Positions 45,902 through 56,574 of a DNA stretch of 64,000 nucleotides are shown here, one piece after another. The stretch's first letter is position 1. Every line of letters begins with the position of its first letter. The notes under the pieces were generated by a model. That model saw nothing but the letters and a program-made list of their open reading frames with translations, made no database searches and was not told where the DNA came from. The position numbers and the translations under genes are program-made. The stretch is from the sequence record SRR22947727_488. One strand, given 5' to 3'.

Positions 45902-46849
45902 TTAATTAATATGGGCAGAAAATAAACCCATCAAAACCCATGGAAGTATTAACAAAAACCCTGAAAACTTATTAGATTTGAAGATAAATAATGACTTTTC
46001 TTTATCTTCAGGTTTGAAAGCAAAAACCTGGTAAATTAGGTGAAATGCAAATGGGAATATTCCAGCTGATATAACGCATATTTCATATACATTTATTTGG
46101 TCGGCCTGAAGGAGTTTAGACAAAAAAATTAAAAATACTGAAATGAGGTAACTAGTGCCAATCCCAGTTTTAACTCTTCTACCAAACTTCCTGGCGGTAC
46201 TTTTGATTCCAACCTTAATATCATCCTCAAGATCTTGGCAAGCGTAAATGGTATCATAACCTAGCGTCCAAAAAACAAGAGCTAGATAAAATAAAATTAC
46301 TGGCAAATTAAGAGTAAGAGTCTTAGCAGAATAAGCAACCAAAACGGCCCAATTAAAGGTTAAACCTAACCAAATTTGCGGCCACCATGTGATGCGTTTC
46401 ATAAATGGATATGCCATGACTAGAGGGATAGAGAATAGAGCAATAACTTTTGATATATTTGGTAATATTGCCCAACATAATAAACCGATAATACATTGTA
46501 GGATTACCCATATCCAGGCTTGTTTATTCGAAACAGCACCAGATGGTAAAGGTCTTAAAGCAGTCCTATCCACTTGAATGTCGAGATTCTGATCTATTAT
46601 ATCGTTATAGGTACATCCAGCACCGCGCATCGCCACTGCACCTACTAGAATAAGAATTGCCCATTTTATATCCGATAGGTGTATTCCGTGCTGGTATGTG
46701 GAAAATGCTAACGCCATCCAGCCCGGTAGAGTTAGAAGCCAGTACCCTATAGGCCGGTCTAATCTAGAAAGTTGAAGGTAAGGTCTAATATTAGCAGGGG
46801 TATTATTAACCCAATGTGTTGAATTTGAATCTATCAATGTTGTATTCAT
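45902..46849 (-). CDS. ubiA: 4-hydroxybenzoate polyprenyltransferase
   Basis: RLDRPIG, MRGAGC.YNDI.D, RT..RPLPSG, YDTIYA.QD..DD. Confidence 0.95.
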   Translation of the reverse strand: MNTTLIDSNSTHWVNNTPANIRPYLQLSRLDRPIGYWLLTLPGWMALAFSTYQHGIHLSDIKWAILILVGAVAMRGAGCTYNDIIDQNLDIQVDRTALRPLPSGAVSNKQAWIWVILQCIIGLLCWAILPNISKVIALFSIPLVMAYPFMKRITWWPQIWLGLTFNWAVLVAYSAKTLTLNLPVILFYLALVFWTLGYDTIYACQDLEDDIKVGIKSTARKFGRRVKTGIGTSYLISVFLIFLSKLLQADQINVYEICVISAGIFPFAFHLIYQVFAFKPEDKEKSLFIFKSNKFSGFLLILPWVLMGLFSAHIN

Positions 46850-46916
46850 AAGAGAATACTATATTAAAAATTATGTTTTTCTATTTATATTTTTAATATA
46901 AATCCCATACGTTGGA

Positions 46917-47645
46917 GTGAAATATATGCAAACCAGAATGTATATTAACTGTAAACTTGAAAAGGGTGCAATAATACGTCTTAACAAGGATCAATTTAAT
47001 TACCTAAGTAATGTTCTCCGAAAACATAATGATGATAAAGTATCAGTATTTAATGGTATATCAGGAGAATGGAAGGCATCGATTAACTACCGCGGAAAAC
47101 GCTCCATTGATTTATTAATTGAGGAGAAAATATTAGAACAAGTTATTGTGCCTGACGTAATGCTCTGTTTTTCAAACATTCGTAAAAACCGAGTGTCTTT
47201 TATAATTGAAAAGGGAACTGAGCTAGGTGTAAGAACCTTTCAGCCGATTATTTCTGAACATACGCAGAGTGCATCTTTCAATATTTTAAAGGCAAAATAT
47301 CAATCAGTACAAGCAGCTGAACAAACTCAAAGACTTGACATCCCAGAAATTATGCAGCCAAAAAGTTTGTTGGAACTATTAGGAGATTGGGATAATAATA
47401 GAGTACTACTTTTTGCAGACGAAAAAAAAGCTGTGATATCACCGGTTGATGTTATCGCAAATATAAGTTCCCCTGTTGGAATTTTAATAGGACCTGAGGG
47501 TGGATTTTCCAGTGTAGAAAGAAATTATTTAATGAGTAAAAATTTTACCAGGCCTATTTCCCTTGGGCCAAGAGTCTTACGTTCAGATACTGCCTCTTTG
47601 AGCCTTTTAACTCTTTATCAAGCGATAAGCGGTGATTGGAATTAG
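46917..47645 (+). CDS. rsmE: 16S rRNA m3U1498 methyltransferase
   Basis: EKGTELGV, AAEQ, IGPEGGF, LGPRVLR.DTA. Confidence 0.95.
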   Translation: MKYMQTRMYINCKLEKGAIIRLNKDQFNYLSNVLRKHNDDKVSVFNGISGEWKASINYRGKRSIDLLIEEKILEQVIVPDVMLCFSNIRKNRVSFIIEKGTELGVRTFQPIISEHTQSASFNILKAKYQSVQAAEQTQRLDIPEIMQPKSLLELLGDWDNNRVLLFADEKKAVISPVDVIANISSPVGILIGPEGGFSSVERNYLMSKNFTRPISLGPRVLRSDTASLSLLTLYQAISGDWN

Positions 47646-47732
47646 AGCTTTTTCATAATCATTCTTGCTTATTAATTTATTGATACTTTTGATGTCATAA
47701 CATACAAAACTTTGAACAAAGGAGACATAAAA

Positions 47733-47813
47733 ATGTATTTCAAATTCTTTTTTATGCTCTTGGCCCTTTTGGTTATTTATATGCTGGTAGTATTTTATAA
47801 TGTCATACAATAA
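47733..47813 (+). CDS. putative 26-aa single-pass membrane peptide
   Basis: SD AAAGGAG then ATG; MYFKFFFMLLALLVIYMLVVFYNVIQ; overlaps the next start by 14 nt. Confidence 0.5.
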   Translation: MYFKFFFMLLALLVIYMLVVFYNVIQ

Positions 47814-49254
47814 AATATTCGACATGGTTGTCATCGGAGCCGGTTTATCAGGAGTAGGAGCGGCTTGTCGTTACAAAATTAAGTTTCCAAATGATAATAT
47901 CCTTATATTTGAGTCACGTGCCAGCATTGGGGGCACATGGGATTTGTTCAAATACCCCGGGATCAGGTCTGACTCTGATATGTTAACACTTGGTTATGAT
48001 TTTCGTCCTTGGACAGGTAATAAGACCTTAGCAGACGGTAAAAGCATTAGAGATTATATTCACTCTGTTGCCAAAGAGTATGATATAATGCAATTCATAA
48101 AATATATGTCAGAGGTTACCTCTGTCAATTATTCGACCAAAGAATGCTTGTGGCATATTACTCTAAAAAATTTGAAAACAGGATTGAATGAATTTGTTAA
48201 AACTAAATTTATAGTGTCATCAACAGGTTATTATAGATATGATAAAGGCCATACTCCTGCATTTTCAGGACAATCAAAGTTTTTAGGAAAGTTTATTCAT
48301 CCTCAAAATTGGCCTGAGGATTTAGATTATAAAAATAAAAACATGATTGTCATTGGTTCAGGCGCAACAGCATTCACTCTAGTTCCTGAATTATCCAAAA
48401 AGGCCAAGCATGTTACAATGCTTCAAAGATCCCCAAGTTATGTCGCCTCTATTCCCTCAGTTGATAGAATTGGTATTATTGTGAGATCTATTATGCCAAA
48501 GAATTTAGCGTTTAAGGTAAACCGCTTTAAAAATATATTTCTTGCAAGATACCTCTATTTAAAGGCTCGTAACAATCCCGAGAAATCTCGAAATTGGTTT
48601 CGTAAAAAAGTAATTAAAGAACTAGGTACTAATTACCCTGTCGACTTGCACTTTAATCCAAAATATAACCCTTGGGATCAAAGAGTTTGTATGGTGCCAG
48701 ATGGAGACATATTTTCTGCTATAAGGAATGGTAAGGCAAGTATAGTCACTGATGAAATAGACCAATTCGATGAGAGTGGTATATCATTGAAGTCGGGTGA
48801 ATACCTTGATGCTGATATTATTGTATCGGCTACAGGCCTAGAAGTTTTGATTAATGGGGGTTGTGAGATTTATATTGATGGAAAAAAACAAGAACTTGCA
48901 GATTGTTTCGGTTATAAAGGTACAATGTATTCTGGGATTCCAAATTATTTCTCAATATTTGGTTATACTAACGCATCATGGACGTTGAGGGTTAATCTTA
49001 TATCTGAATTTGTTTTAAGAGTTATCGAGTATGTGAAAATAAATGAATATAAAAAAGTGGTTCCTATAGTGAAAGTAAGAATGCAAAAATACCCATGGAT
49101 TAACTTTCAAGCAGGGTATTTTCTTCGTGTCATGGATAAACTACCTAATCAAGGTGACAGACATCCTTGGCTTAACTTGCAAGATTATAAGATTGATAAA
49201 AAATTGCTTACACAAGACCCAATAGACGATGGCGATTTAATATTCTCTGATTGA
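47800..49254 (+). CDS. Baeyer-Villiger/flavin monooxygenase (EthA/AlmA-like)
   Basis: GAGLSG, GGTWDLFKYPGIRSDSD, F.G.FIHPQNWP, GSGATA, ATG, GYTNASWTL. Confidence 0.9.
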   Translation: MSYNKIFDMVVIGAGLSGVGAACRYKIKFPNDNILIFESRASIGGTWDLFKYPGIRSDSDMLTLGYDFRPWTGNKTLADGKSIRDYIHSVAKEYDIMQFIKYMSEVTSVNYSTKECLWHITLKNLKTGLNEFVKTKFIVSSTGYYRYDKGHTPAFSGQSKFLGKFIHPQNWPEDLDYKNKNMIVIGSGATAFTLVPELSKKAKHVTMLQRSPSYVASIPSVDRIGIIVRSIMPKNLAFKVNRFKNIFLARYLYLKARNNPEKSRNWFRKKVIKELGTNYPVDLHFNPKYNPWDQRVCMVPDGDIFSAIRNGKASIVTDEIDQFDESGISLKSGEYLDADIIVSATGLEVLINGGCEIYIDGKKQELADCFGYKGTMYSGIPNYFSIFGYTNASWTLRVNLISEFVLRVIEYVKINEYKKVVPIVKVRMQKYPWINFQAGYFLRVMDKLPNQGDRHPWLNLQDYKIDKKLLTQDPIDDGDLIFSD

Positions 49255-49379
49255 AACATTATTTGATTAATAGTTAAAGTATTTTTTTAGTATGGAATTT
49301 TTGTTATTAACTCCTTACTTAACTCTTTTTTAATTACTTATTACCTTGCTCACGTGCGAGTAGAATACTAAACGATTTT

Positions 49380-50726
49380 ATGATCAGAAAAAAAAGTATA
49401 ATTGAAAATAAATCTCAGATGATTGATCATCTTGCTTCTGGTTGCAAGCCATTGTCTGAATGGCGTATAGGCACAGAGCATGAGAAAATAGGTTTCTACA
49501 CAAGCACGCTCAAACCACTAGAGTATCGAGGGGGCATTGAACCCATTTTGAATAAACTCCAACGGTTTAATTGGGAGCCTATTTTTGAAGATGGAAACAT
49601 TATTGCATTAAAAAGAAATGGTGCATCTATATCCCTCGAGCCTGGTGGACAATTAGAGCTATCAGGTGCTCCTCTTGAAAATGTTCATCAAACTTGTTCT
49701 GAAGTGTCTAGGCATTTAAAAGAGGTTAAAGAAGTTGCAGACGAAATTGATATAGGTTTTATTTCATTAGGCTTTAGACCAGATACACGTCTTGAGGATG
49801 TGCCTATTATGCCCAAAGGGCGATATAAAATTATGCGTGAGTACATGCAAAAAGTTGGCACTTTAGGGCGAGAAATGATGTTTAGGACGTGTACTGTTCA
49901 AACGAACTTAGATTTTTCTTCTGAGTCAGATATGGTTAAAAAATTTAGGGTTAGCCTTGCCCTCCAACCTTTTGCAACAGCCTTATTTGCCAACTCACCA
50001 TTCACTAATGGTAAATTAAATGGATATAAGTCCTATCGTTCACGTGTGTGGCTTGATACTGATAATGATCGAACTGGAATGTTGCCATTCGTCTTTGACG
50101 AGGGGTTTGGTTTTGAACAATATGTTGACTATGCTTTAGATGTTCCAATGTATTTTATTAATAGAGGTGGAAATTATATAGATGTTTCTGGGAGTTCCTT
50201 TAAAGACTTTATAAAGGGAAATTTGGAAGGGCTTCCTTTAGAAAAGCCTTCTCTATCTGATTTTGATGATCATTTGTCGACAATTTTTCCCGAAGTTCGT
50301 TTAAAAACTTTTTTAGAAATGCGTGGTAGTGATACCGGCCCTTGGAGTGAACTTTGCGCTATGCCTGCTTTTTGGGTGGGATTATTATATAACAACAGCT
50401 CTTTAGAAGCTGCATGGGATTTAATTAAAGATTGGACTTCACAAGAACGAAATCAATTAAGATGCGAGGTTCCGCTTACTGGTTTGCAGACTCAGTTCAG
50501 AGGTAAGCCAATTATTGAGCTTGTTAATGAATGTCTAAATATGTCTAGATTTGGCCTTAATGCTAGATCAAGAATTAATGGTCACGGAGATAATGAAAGT
50601 ATATTCCTTCAAAAACTTTATGAGTTTACTAAAACCGGCAAGACCAATGCGGATAAATTAATTCATAAATATAACAATGATTGGGATAAGGATGTTATGA
50701 ATATCTACAACGAGTGTCGTTATTAA
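49380..50726 (+). CDS. gshA: glutamate--cysteine ligase (alphaproteobacterial/plant type)
   Basis: IGTEHEK, SLEPGGQ.ELSG, MPKGRY, TCTVQ.NLD, FPEVRLK.FLEMRG. Confidence 0.95.
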   Translation: MIRKKSIIENKSQMIDHLASGCKPLSEWRIGTEHEKIGFYTSTLKPLEYRGGIEPILNKLQRFNWEPIFEDGNIIALKRNGASISLEPGGQLELSGAPLENVHQTCSEVSRHLKEVKEVADEIDIGFISLGFRPDTRLEDVPIMPKGRYKIMREYMQKVGTLGREMMFRTCTVQTNLDFSSESDMVKKFRVSLALQPFATALFANSPFTNGKLNGYKSYRSRVWLDTDNDRTGMLPFVFDEGFGFEQYVDYALDVPMYFINRGGNYIDVSGSSFKDFIKGNLEGLPLEKPSLSDFDDHLSTIFPEVRLKTFLEMRGSDTGPWSELCAMPAFWVGLLYNNSSLEAAWDLIKDWTSQERNQLRCEVPLTGLQTQFRGKPIIELVNECLNMSRFGLNARSRINGHGDNESIFLQKLYEFTKTGKTNADKLIHKYNNDWDKDVMNIYNECRY

Positions 50727-50839
50727 ATAAATTAATTTTTAAAGATTTTAATTGTTTAATTAATACAACTTGTTGTAACCAAATATTTTTGTTACTGACT
50801 CTCAGTTACTTTGAACTGTAACCTTTTTAGGGGAAAAGA

Positions 50840-52387
50840 ATGTTTTACATAATACTTAGTGCAATAGCTGTTATCGGGGTTGCAATGTGCCTTTTTCAGA
50901 TGAGAAGTCATCCTAAAGGGCTTTATATTCTCTTCTTTGCTGAAATGTGGGAGAGATTTTCATATTATGGCATGCGAGCGCTGTTGATATTATATCTAAC
51001 AAAGCACTTCTTATTTACAGATGGTCAAGCTTATGGAATTTATGGTGCTTATACGACATTGGTATATGTAACACCTGTAATAGGCGGTGTTTTGGCTGAT
51101 AAGTATTTGGGTCAAAGGAAAGCAGTTCTGTTTGGAGCAGTACTACTCGTTTTGGGTCATTTAGGTATGGCAATAGAGGGTGAGCCTGTTAAAGTTGCTA
51201 GTGAGCGTAGTGACTCTATCATGAATGTATTTTATCTTTCTCTTGCCCTCATTATTGCTGGGGTAGGCTTTTTAAAAGCAAATATATCAGCCATTGTTGG
51301 TGCTCTATATGAAAAAACAGATGAACGCCGTGACGGTGCATTCACAATCTTTTATGTTGGTATAAACCTTGGTGCATTTGGGGGTGCATTAATAGCTGGC
51401 TATTTGGGCGAAACATATGGATGGAAATATGGTTTCGGACTCGCAGGTTTAGGAATGCTCTTAGGTTTGATTGCATTTGCTTGGGGTAAGCCACTTTTAG
51501 AAGGTGCTGGTGAACCACCTAATCCTTCAGCTCTTGCAGTTAAAAGATTTATAGGAATATCCACTGAATGGTTTATTTATATTTTAACTTTTGTTGGTGT
51601 TGGCGTACTTTGGTTCTTAATTAGAGATGAGGGGGCTGTAAAGCTGGTTCTTTATTCGACATTTGCTATAGTATATCTATATATAATAATTTCTTCAGTA
51701 TTAACATTACCCCCTCATCCAAGGAATAGAATATTCGCCGCATTAATATTGATTTCAGTACAAGTTCTTTTTTGGGCATTATTTGAACAGGCAGGGTCAT
51801 CACTTTCATTATTTACAGACCGTTCTGTTGATAGAACAATTTTTGGTCAAGAGATTAAAACTTCTGTTTTTCAGTCTCTAAATGCTATGTACATAGTTCT
51901 TCTAGGTCCTTTATTTGCTGCTCTTTGGGTTTGGCTTGGAAAAAGAAATTTAGACCCGTCAGCTCCAGCTAAATTTGGTTTGGGAATAATTCAGCTTGGT
52001 TTAGGGTTTCTCGTTCTAGTTTGGGGAGCGAATGCTGCTGGTTCTGAAATGACGCCAGTAATCTTCATTTTCTTAATTTATCTTTTGCATACCACAGGAG
52101 AGTTGTGTTTGTCGCCAGTAGGCTTATCTGCAATGACAAGGCTATCTGTTCCTAAAATGGTGGGTTTAATAATGGGAGCGTGGTTCTTAGCTTCTGGATT
52201 TGGTAATTTTGCCGCTGCCCAAATTGCTAAATTGACGACTGCTGATGGCGGCGGTGCAGATCAGGTAGTTCTAGTTTATTCAAGTGTTGGAAAACTTGCT
52301 GTAGGTGTTGGTGTTGCACTTATCTTAATTTCTCCATTGATAAAGAAAATGATGCATCTCGATACAATCAGTTCAGATGATGCATGA
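50840..52387 (+). CDS. POT/PTR family proton-dependent oligopeptide transporter
   Basis: EMWERFSYYG, FY..INLG, FQS.N, GEL.LSP.G. Confidence 0.93.
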   Translation: MFYIILSAIAVIGVAMCLFQMRSHPKGLYILFFAEMWERFSYYGMRALLILYLTKHFLFTDGQAYGIYGAYTTLVYVTPVIGGVLADKYLGQRKAVLFGAVLLVLGHLGMAIEGEPVKVASERSDSIMNVFYLSLALIIAGVGFLKANISAIVGALYEKTDERRDGAFTIFYVGINLGAFGGALIAGYLGETYGWKYGFGLAGLGMLLGLIAFAWGKPLLEGAGEPPNPSALAVKRFIGISTEWFIYILTFVGVGVLWFLIRDEGAVKLVLYSTFAIVYLYIIISSVLTLPPHPRNRIFAALILISVQVLFWALFEQAGSSLSLFTDRSVDRTIFGQEIKTSVFQSLNAMYIVLLGPLFAALWVWLGKRNLDPSAPAKFGLGIIQLGLGFLVLVWGANAAGSEMTPVIFIFLIYLLHTTGELCLSPVGLSAMTRLSVPKMVGLIMGAWFLASGFGNFAAAQIAKLTTADGGGADQVVLVYSSVGKLAVGVGVALILISPLIKKMMHLDTISSDDA

Positions 52388-52425
52388 TTTTTCTAAAGGT
52401 AGTTTGCATAAGATTTATCTAAATA

Positions 52426-52458
52426 TTTGATCTGCGTAGCTTTATTGCGCAGATTAAA
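52426..52458. terminator. hairpin between convergent genes, probable bidirectional terminator
   Basis: TTTGATCTGCG...CGCAGATTAAA stem between the POT transporter and prs stops. Confidence 0.5.
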
Positions 52459-52479
52459 ATGATATATTCTTTCATAAGA

Positions 52480-53421
52480 TCATTCAAATAGCTTTGAAAC
52501 AGATTCATCATTAGCGATGCGTCGTATAGCTTCTCCTAAAAGCGTAGCTATTGAAACTTCTCTAATTCTTTCACAATCTTTTACTTTTTTAGGCTGTGCA
52601 ATAGAATTAGTTATTACCAATTCTGTTAGCTGAGATTTGTTTATTCTTTCTACGGCAGGGTCGCTAAGTACGCCATGTGTAATGTATGCTGATACTGAAT
52701 TTGCCCCGTGGTCTTTAAGAGCTTTTGCAGCATTACATAGAGTTCCACCAGAGTCGATTATATCATCGTATAATATACAGGTTCTACCAGCTACATCGCC
52801 TATAATATTCATAACTTCAGACTCACCAGCTTTTGGTCTCCTTTTATCAACTATTGCTATATCGGCATCAAATTGTTTGGCGATAGATCTAGTTCTAACA
52901 ACACCTCCAGTATCCGGAGAAACAAATAATAAATTTTTTCTATCGGCTTTAGAGAATTTATCTCTAATATCATCAACAAAAACAGGCTGACCAAATAAAT
53001 TATCCGTTGGGATGTCAAAAAATCCTTGAATTTGACCTGCATGTAGGTCAGCTGTTAAAACTCTATGTGCACCTGCTTTTGATATTAAATTGGCTACCAA
53101 TTTTGCTGATATTGGAGTTCTACCGCCTGTTTTCCTATCTTGTCGTGCATAACCATAATAAGGTATAACAGCAGTTATTCTTTTTGCTGAAGCGCGTACT
53201 AGCGCATCAATAAGGATTAAGAGTTCCATAAGGTGATCATTTGCGGGTGCAGAAGTAGGTTGTATAAGAAATATATCTTCTCCTCTGACATTTTCATTAA
53301 TTTTTGCAAAAATTTCTTGGTCTCTAAATCTTTCGATATCTATATGAGTTAATGGGACATCAAGCACATCTGCTATACTTGATGCTAAAGGTTCATTTGC
53401 AGTACCACTAATGAGCTTCAT
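52480..53421 (-). CDS. prs: ribose-phosphate pyrophosphokinase
   Basis: [36 protein letters not shown]. Confidence 0.97.
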   Translation of the reverse strand: MKLISGTANEPLASSIADVLDVPLTHIDIERFRDQEIFAKINENVRGEDIFLIQPTSAPANDHLMELLILIDALVRASAKRITAVIPYYGYARQDRKTGGRTPISAKLVANLISKAGAHRVLTADLHAGQIQGFFDIPTDNLFGQPVFVDDIRDKFSKADRKNLLFVSPDTGGVVRTRSIAKQFDADIAIVDKRRPKAGESEVMNIIGDVAGRTCILYDDIIDSGGTLCNAAKALKDHGANSVSAYITHGVLSDPAVERINKSQLTELVITNSIAQPKKVKDCERIREVSIATLLGEAIRRIANDESVSKLFE

Positions 53422-53482
53422 AAAAATTATCTTTCATTATTAATTTTAGTTATCACTTAAGGCGCAAAATTAAGAAAGTAAA

Positions 53483-54253
53483 TCAAGAGTTAAGCATTAT
53501 AGAAGAAATATTCCTTCCATAGTCCTTAATTCCATTATGTGTGTTATATCTATAGCTAAAATATTTGTCTGATAATTCATATGTGCAATCTGGAATTAAA
53601 TCTATTTGATTTAGGTTATTTGACTGTAGATTCTCAAGTATGTATTTTTTTAAATCAAAATAAATTTTTCCATTTTTTTGTTTTTTAAAAAAAATGAGAT
53701 TTGATTTATTTTTCTTTATGAACTTATCGTAAAACTCAATACCTACCTCATAATTATTCAGACTAATACATGGCCCTAGAACTGCATTTATATTTCTTTT
53801 ATTAGCTCCTATCTTTTCCATAGCTTTGATTGTATTTGATATTACGCCTGAAAATGCACCGCGCCAACCAGCATGGCAACAGCCAATTATATTAGCATTT
53901 TGATCGCTGAATAGAATAGGTCCACAATCTGCTGACATGATCGATATAGCTAAATTTGGAGTATTGGTAACAATTCCATCAGCTTTATGGTCTTGATAAG
54001 TTTTGTTTTGAGTAACTGTCACTATTTTGGCGCTATGTATCTGAGTAAGACTTACAATTTTTACACCTTTTTGACTTAAAACAGATGAAACTATCTCTCT
54101 ATTTTTTAAAACGTGATTATATTTATCATTTGAACCAAATCCTACATTTAGGCTTTCGTATTGATTAGTCGATACACCCCCAACTCTCCCAAAAAAACCA
54201 TGAGATACGTTTGCACCATCAAGTAATTCATGAGTCTTAAAGGGTACTGTCAT
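53483..54253 (-). CDS. pgeF: YfiH/PgeF family protein
   Basis: R.GGVS, QIHS, ADC, HAGWRG, FSYR. Confidence 0.92.
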   Translation of the reverse strand: MTVPFKTHELLDGANVSHGFFGRVGGVSTNQYESLNVGFGSNDKYNHVLKNREIVSSVLSQKGVKIVSLTQIHSAKIVTVTQNKTYQDHKADGIVTNTPNLAISIMSADCGPILFSDQNANIIGCCHAGWRGAFSGVISNTIKAMEKIGANKRNINAVLGPCISLNNYEVGIEFYDKFIKKNKSNLIFFKKQKNGKIYFDLKKYILENLQSNNLNQIDLIPDCTYELSDKYFSYRYNTHNGIKDYGRNISSIMLNS

Positions 54254-55362
54254 CGTATGCTTTCAAAGCCTAATGGTAATTCAAGTTTTTTTGATTGAAA
54301 ACATATTACTTTAAATAATTCACCCATTTCATTCTTTGAGGTCAGTTTATTGAGCTGACGTAAAATTTTGTTTTTCGCTTCTGGTTTTGCCTTTAAAAGA
54401 TTTTTTGCTCTAACTTTAATTCCCATGTTATTTAAAAAGTCTCCCTGTGTTATTACTTCGGTAACAGGTAAATTATTGGCTACTGAAAGATCAGTTAAAT
54501 ACTCAAAGTTCACTCTCGTAGTTAAATCAGATTTTCCTAAATCAGAAAAAACATCCATTTTTTTATGTGCTTTTAATGATTGTAGTGTATCGCCAAAATC
54601 TGTGTACGTATCTCCATAATCAATAAATAAAGCTCTAATATTATTTTTTAAGGATCTTTTTTTTAATTGATCTATTATTTGAGAGTAAGCAGGGCATAAC
54701 TCTAATAGATCATTTTGGTCTGCCTTATAATGCGAAGTTGGAAAATCTTTTTTTTGCCATTCGGGTAATTCAATAGGCGATATTCCAAATACTAATTTAT
54801 TGTTCTTTATAGTTACTAATCTTTCCCTCCAGCCTTTTAAACCTAATTTTTTGTTCGTTTGTATGAATTGTTTTATAGGTAAGCAATCCAAAAATTCGTT
54901 ACCAAGAATTATGGCGGGCATATAAGGTATTTCTCTTATATCTGATGCCCAGTTAACGGGGCAGGGGCATTTATATAATGTTTCAGCTTGTATGGCTTCT
55001 AAAACTGGAGATGCTTCAATAAGTGTAATGTTAATAGCTGATAAAAATTCTTGATCGAGTTTTGCTGATCTAAGGATATCTTGCATCATTATTCCACGTC
55101 CAGGTCCATACTCAATTAAGTTTATTTTATATGGACGGCCCATGTCATACCATGTTTGCATACACCACAATCCAATTAGTTCTCCAAACATTTGACTTAT
55201 TTCTGGTGAAGTTATGAAGTCTCCATTTTCACCAAATGGATCACGAGTTGGATAATATCCATTATTTGGATCCAATAAACATATTGCCATGAATTCGGCT
55301 ATCGTTATTGGGCCAGTTTCTTGAATCTTTTTATGGATTTGCACTGTAAGATTATTAGTCAT
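54250..55362 (-). CDS. MidA/NDUFAF7-family SAM-dependent methyltransferase
   Basis: GYY, GDFITSPEISQMFGE, E.GPGRG, NEFLD.LP, DYG, MGELFKV. Confidence 0.92.
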   Translation of the reverse strand: MTNNLTVQIHKKIQETGPITIAEFMAICLLDPNNGYYPTRDPFGENGDFITSPEISQMFGELIGLWCMQTWYDMGRPYKINLIEYGPGRGIMMQDILRSAKLDQEFLSAINITLIEASPVLEAIQAETLYKCPCPVNWASDIREIPYMPAIILGNEFLDCLPIKQFIQTNKKLGLKGWRERLVTIKNNKLVFGISPIELPEWQKKDFPTSHYKADQNDLLELCPAYSQIIDQLKKRSLKNNIRALFIDYGDTYTDFGDTLQSLKAHKKMDVFSDLGKSDLTTRVNFEYLTDLSVANNLPVTEVITQGDFLNNMGIKVRAKNLLKAKPEAKNKILRQLNKLTSKNEMGELFKVICFQSKKLELPLGFESIR

Positions 55363-56221
55363 TATAAATAGGCTTAGAGATTACTTTGTATATAATTAAA
55401 GCACCAATTACAATCATTGGAATCGAGTAGCCCATTCCTCTAGTTATTATGCCAAACTGTTGAATATTGTCCGGTTCTCTGAAGAACTCCACTAAAAATC
55501 TAAAGCAACCATATAAAAAAATAAAAAATCCAGTGCATAAGCCGGGACTCATTAACGCCTTAAATTTAAACATGATAAACCTCAAGAATATAAAAATAAC
55601 TATGCCCTCAAAAAAAGCTTCATATAACTGGCTTGGATGCCTTGGAAGTAAGTTTGGATCAGTAGAAAATATTATAGCCCAAGGCATATCAGTTACTCGG
55701 CCATAAAGTTCTTGATTTAAAAAATTACCTAAGAACCTAACTGCAAATAATCCTATTGGGGCACCAATTGCTACAAGATCACTAAGGCGCCATAGATTGC
55801 ATTTATATTTTAATTTTGTATAGTATACCGCAAAGCAAACCCCAAGGAATCCTCCATGAAAACTCATACCACCTTGCCAAACTTTAATTATATCTAGTGG
55901 AGAATTCCAAATAATTGATGTATTGTAAAGAACAACATATCCAATTCTGCCTCCAATAATTATCCCTAAAAGCGAATAAAACATAAGGTCTTGCAGAATT
56001 ATTTTGTTTGGAATTTTATTTGCATCGATTTTTTTTGTTTTATGAGTCCACAAGTTAGGTTTTTTTATCACTGAAATAGAATAGTAGTATCCACTATATA
56101 TCGCTATAATATAGGATAATCCATACCATTTAATAGACAATGGGCCTATTTTAGCTATTTCACTACTAAGCCATTCTGGAAAAATTATTGCACCCAAAAT
56201 ATTTATGAAAAAATCAAACAT
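55355..56221 (-). CDS. lgt: prolipoprotein diacylglyceryl transferase
   Basis: WYG, GGRIGY, GGMSFHGG, GNF.NQELYGR, HPSQLYE, EFFREPD. Confidence 0.96.
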   Translation of the reverse strand: MFDFFINILGAIIFPEWLSSEIAKIGPLSIKWYGLSYIIAIYSGYYYSISVIKKPNLWTHKTKKIDANKIPNKIILQDLMFYSLLGIIIGGRIGYVVLYNTSIIWNSPLDIIKVWQGGMSFHGGFLGVCFAVYYTKLKYKCNLWRLSDLVAIGAPIGLFAVRFLGNFLNQELYGRVTDMPWAIIFSTDPNLLPRHPSQLYEAFFEGIVIFIFLRFIMFKFKALMSPGLCTGFFIFLYGCFRFLVEFFREPDNIQQFGIITRGMGYSIPMIVIGALIIYKVISKPIYND

Positions 56222-56319
56222 TTTATAATCACTGAACCTATAGAAAAAAAACTAGAAAACTATTAAATATATGCTTATGTTAACACAGCACACATTAAAG
56301 TCTAATAAAGAGTATAATA

Positions 56320-56568
56320 ATGCAAAGTAAGTCTAATCCAATTAATGATTTCTCAAACTTAGTTACCAATGCTGTCGGAGCAGTTAAGGGTTTAGAGGAT
56401 GAAGTTAAGGCCTTAGGAAGATCGAAGGCTGAAAGTTTAGTAGCTGACTTAGACCTTGTTGGAAGGGAAGAGTTTGAGGTTCTTAAAACTCAACTTTTTC
56501 AGTCTGATGAAAAAATAAAAATATTAACTAAAGAGCTCAAAAAGTTAAAATCCTCTCTAAATAAATAG
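56320..56568 (+). CDS. accessory factor UbiK/BMFP family protein
   Basis: LDLV.REEFE plus coiled-coil tail; divergent from lgt. Confidence 0.85.
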   Translation: MQSKSNPINDFSNLVTNAVGAVKGLEDEVKALGRSKAESLVADLDLVGREEFEVLKTQLFQSDEKIKILTKELKKLKSSLNK

Positions 56569-56574
56569 CATTTG

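Noticed and set aside
50775-50822. TTTGAACTGTA resembling a SAM-II/SAM-V riboswitch, within four GTAAC/GTTAC pentamers upstream of the POT transporter
   Set aside because: The 3' pseudoknot strand (CUAAA-like) is missing and the gene is not methionine-related; the pentamers are too short to call an operator.
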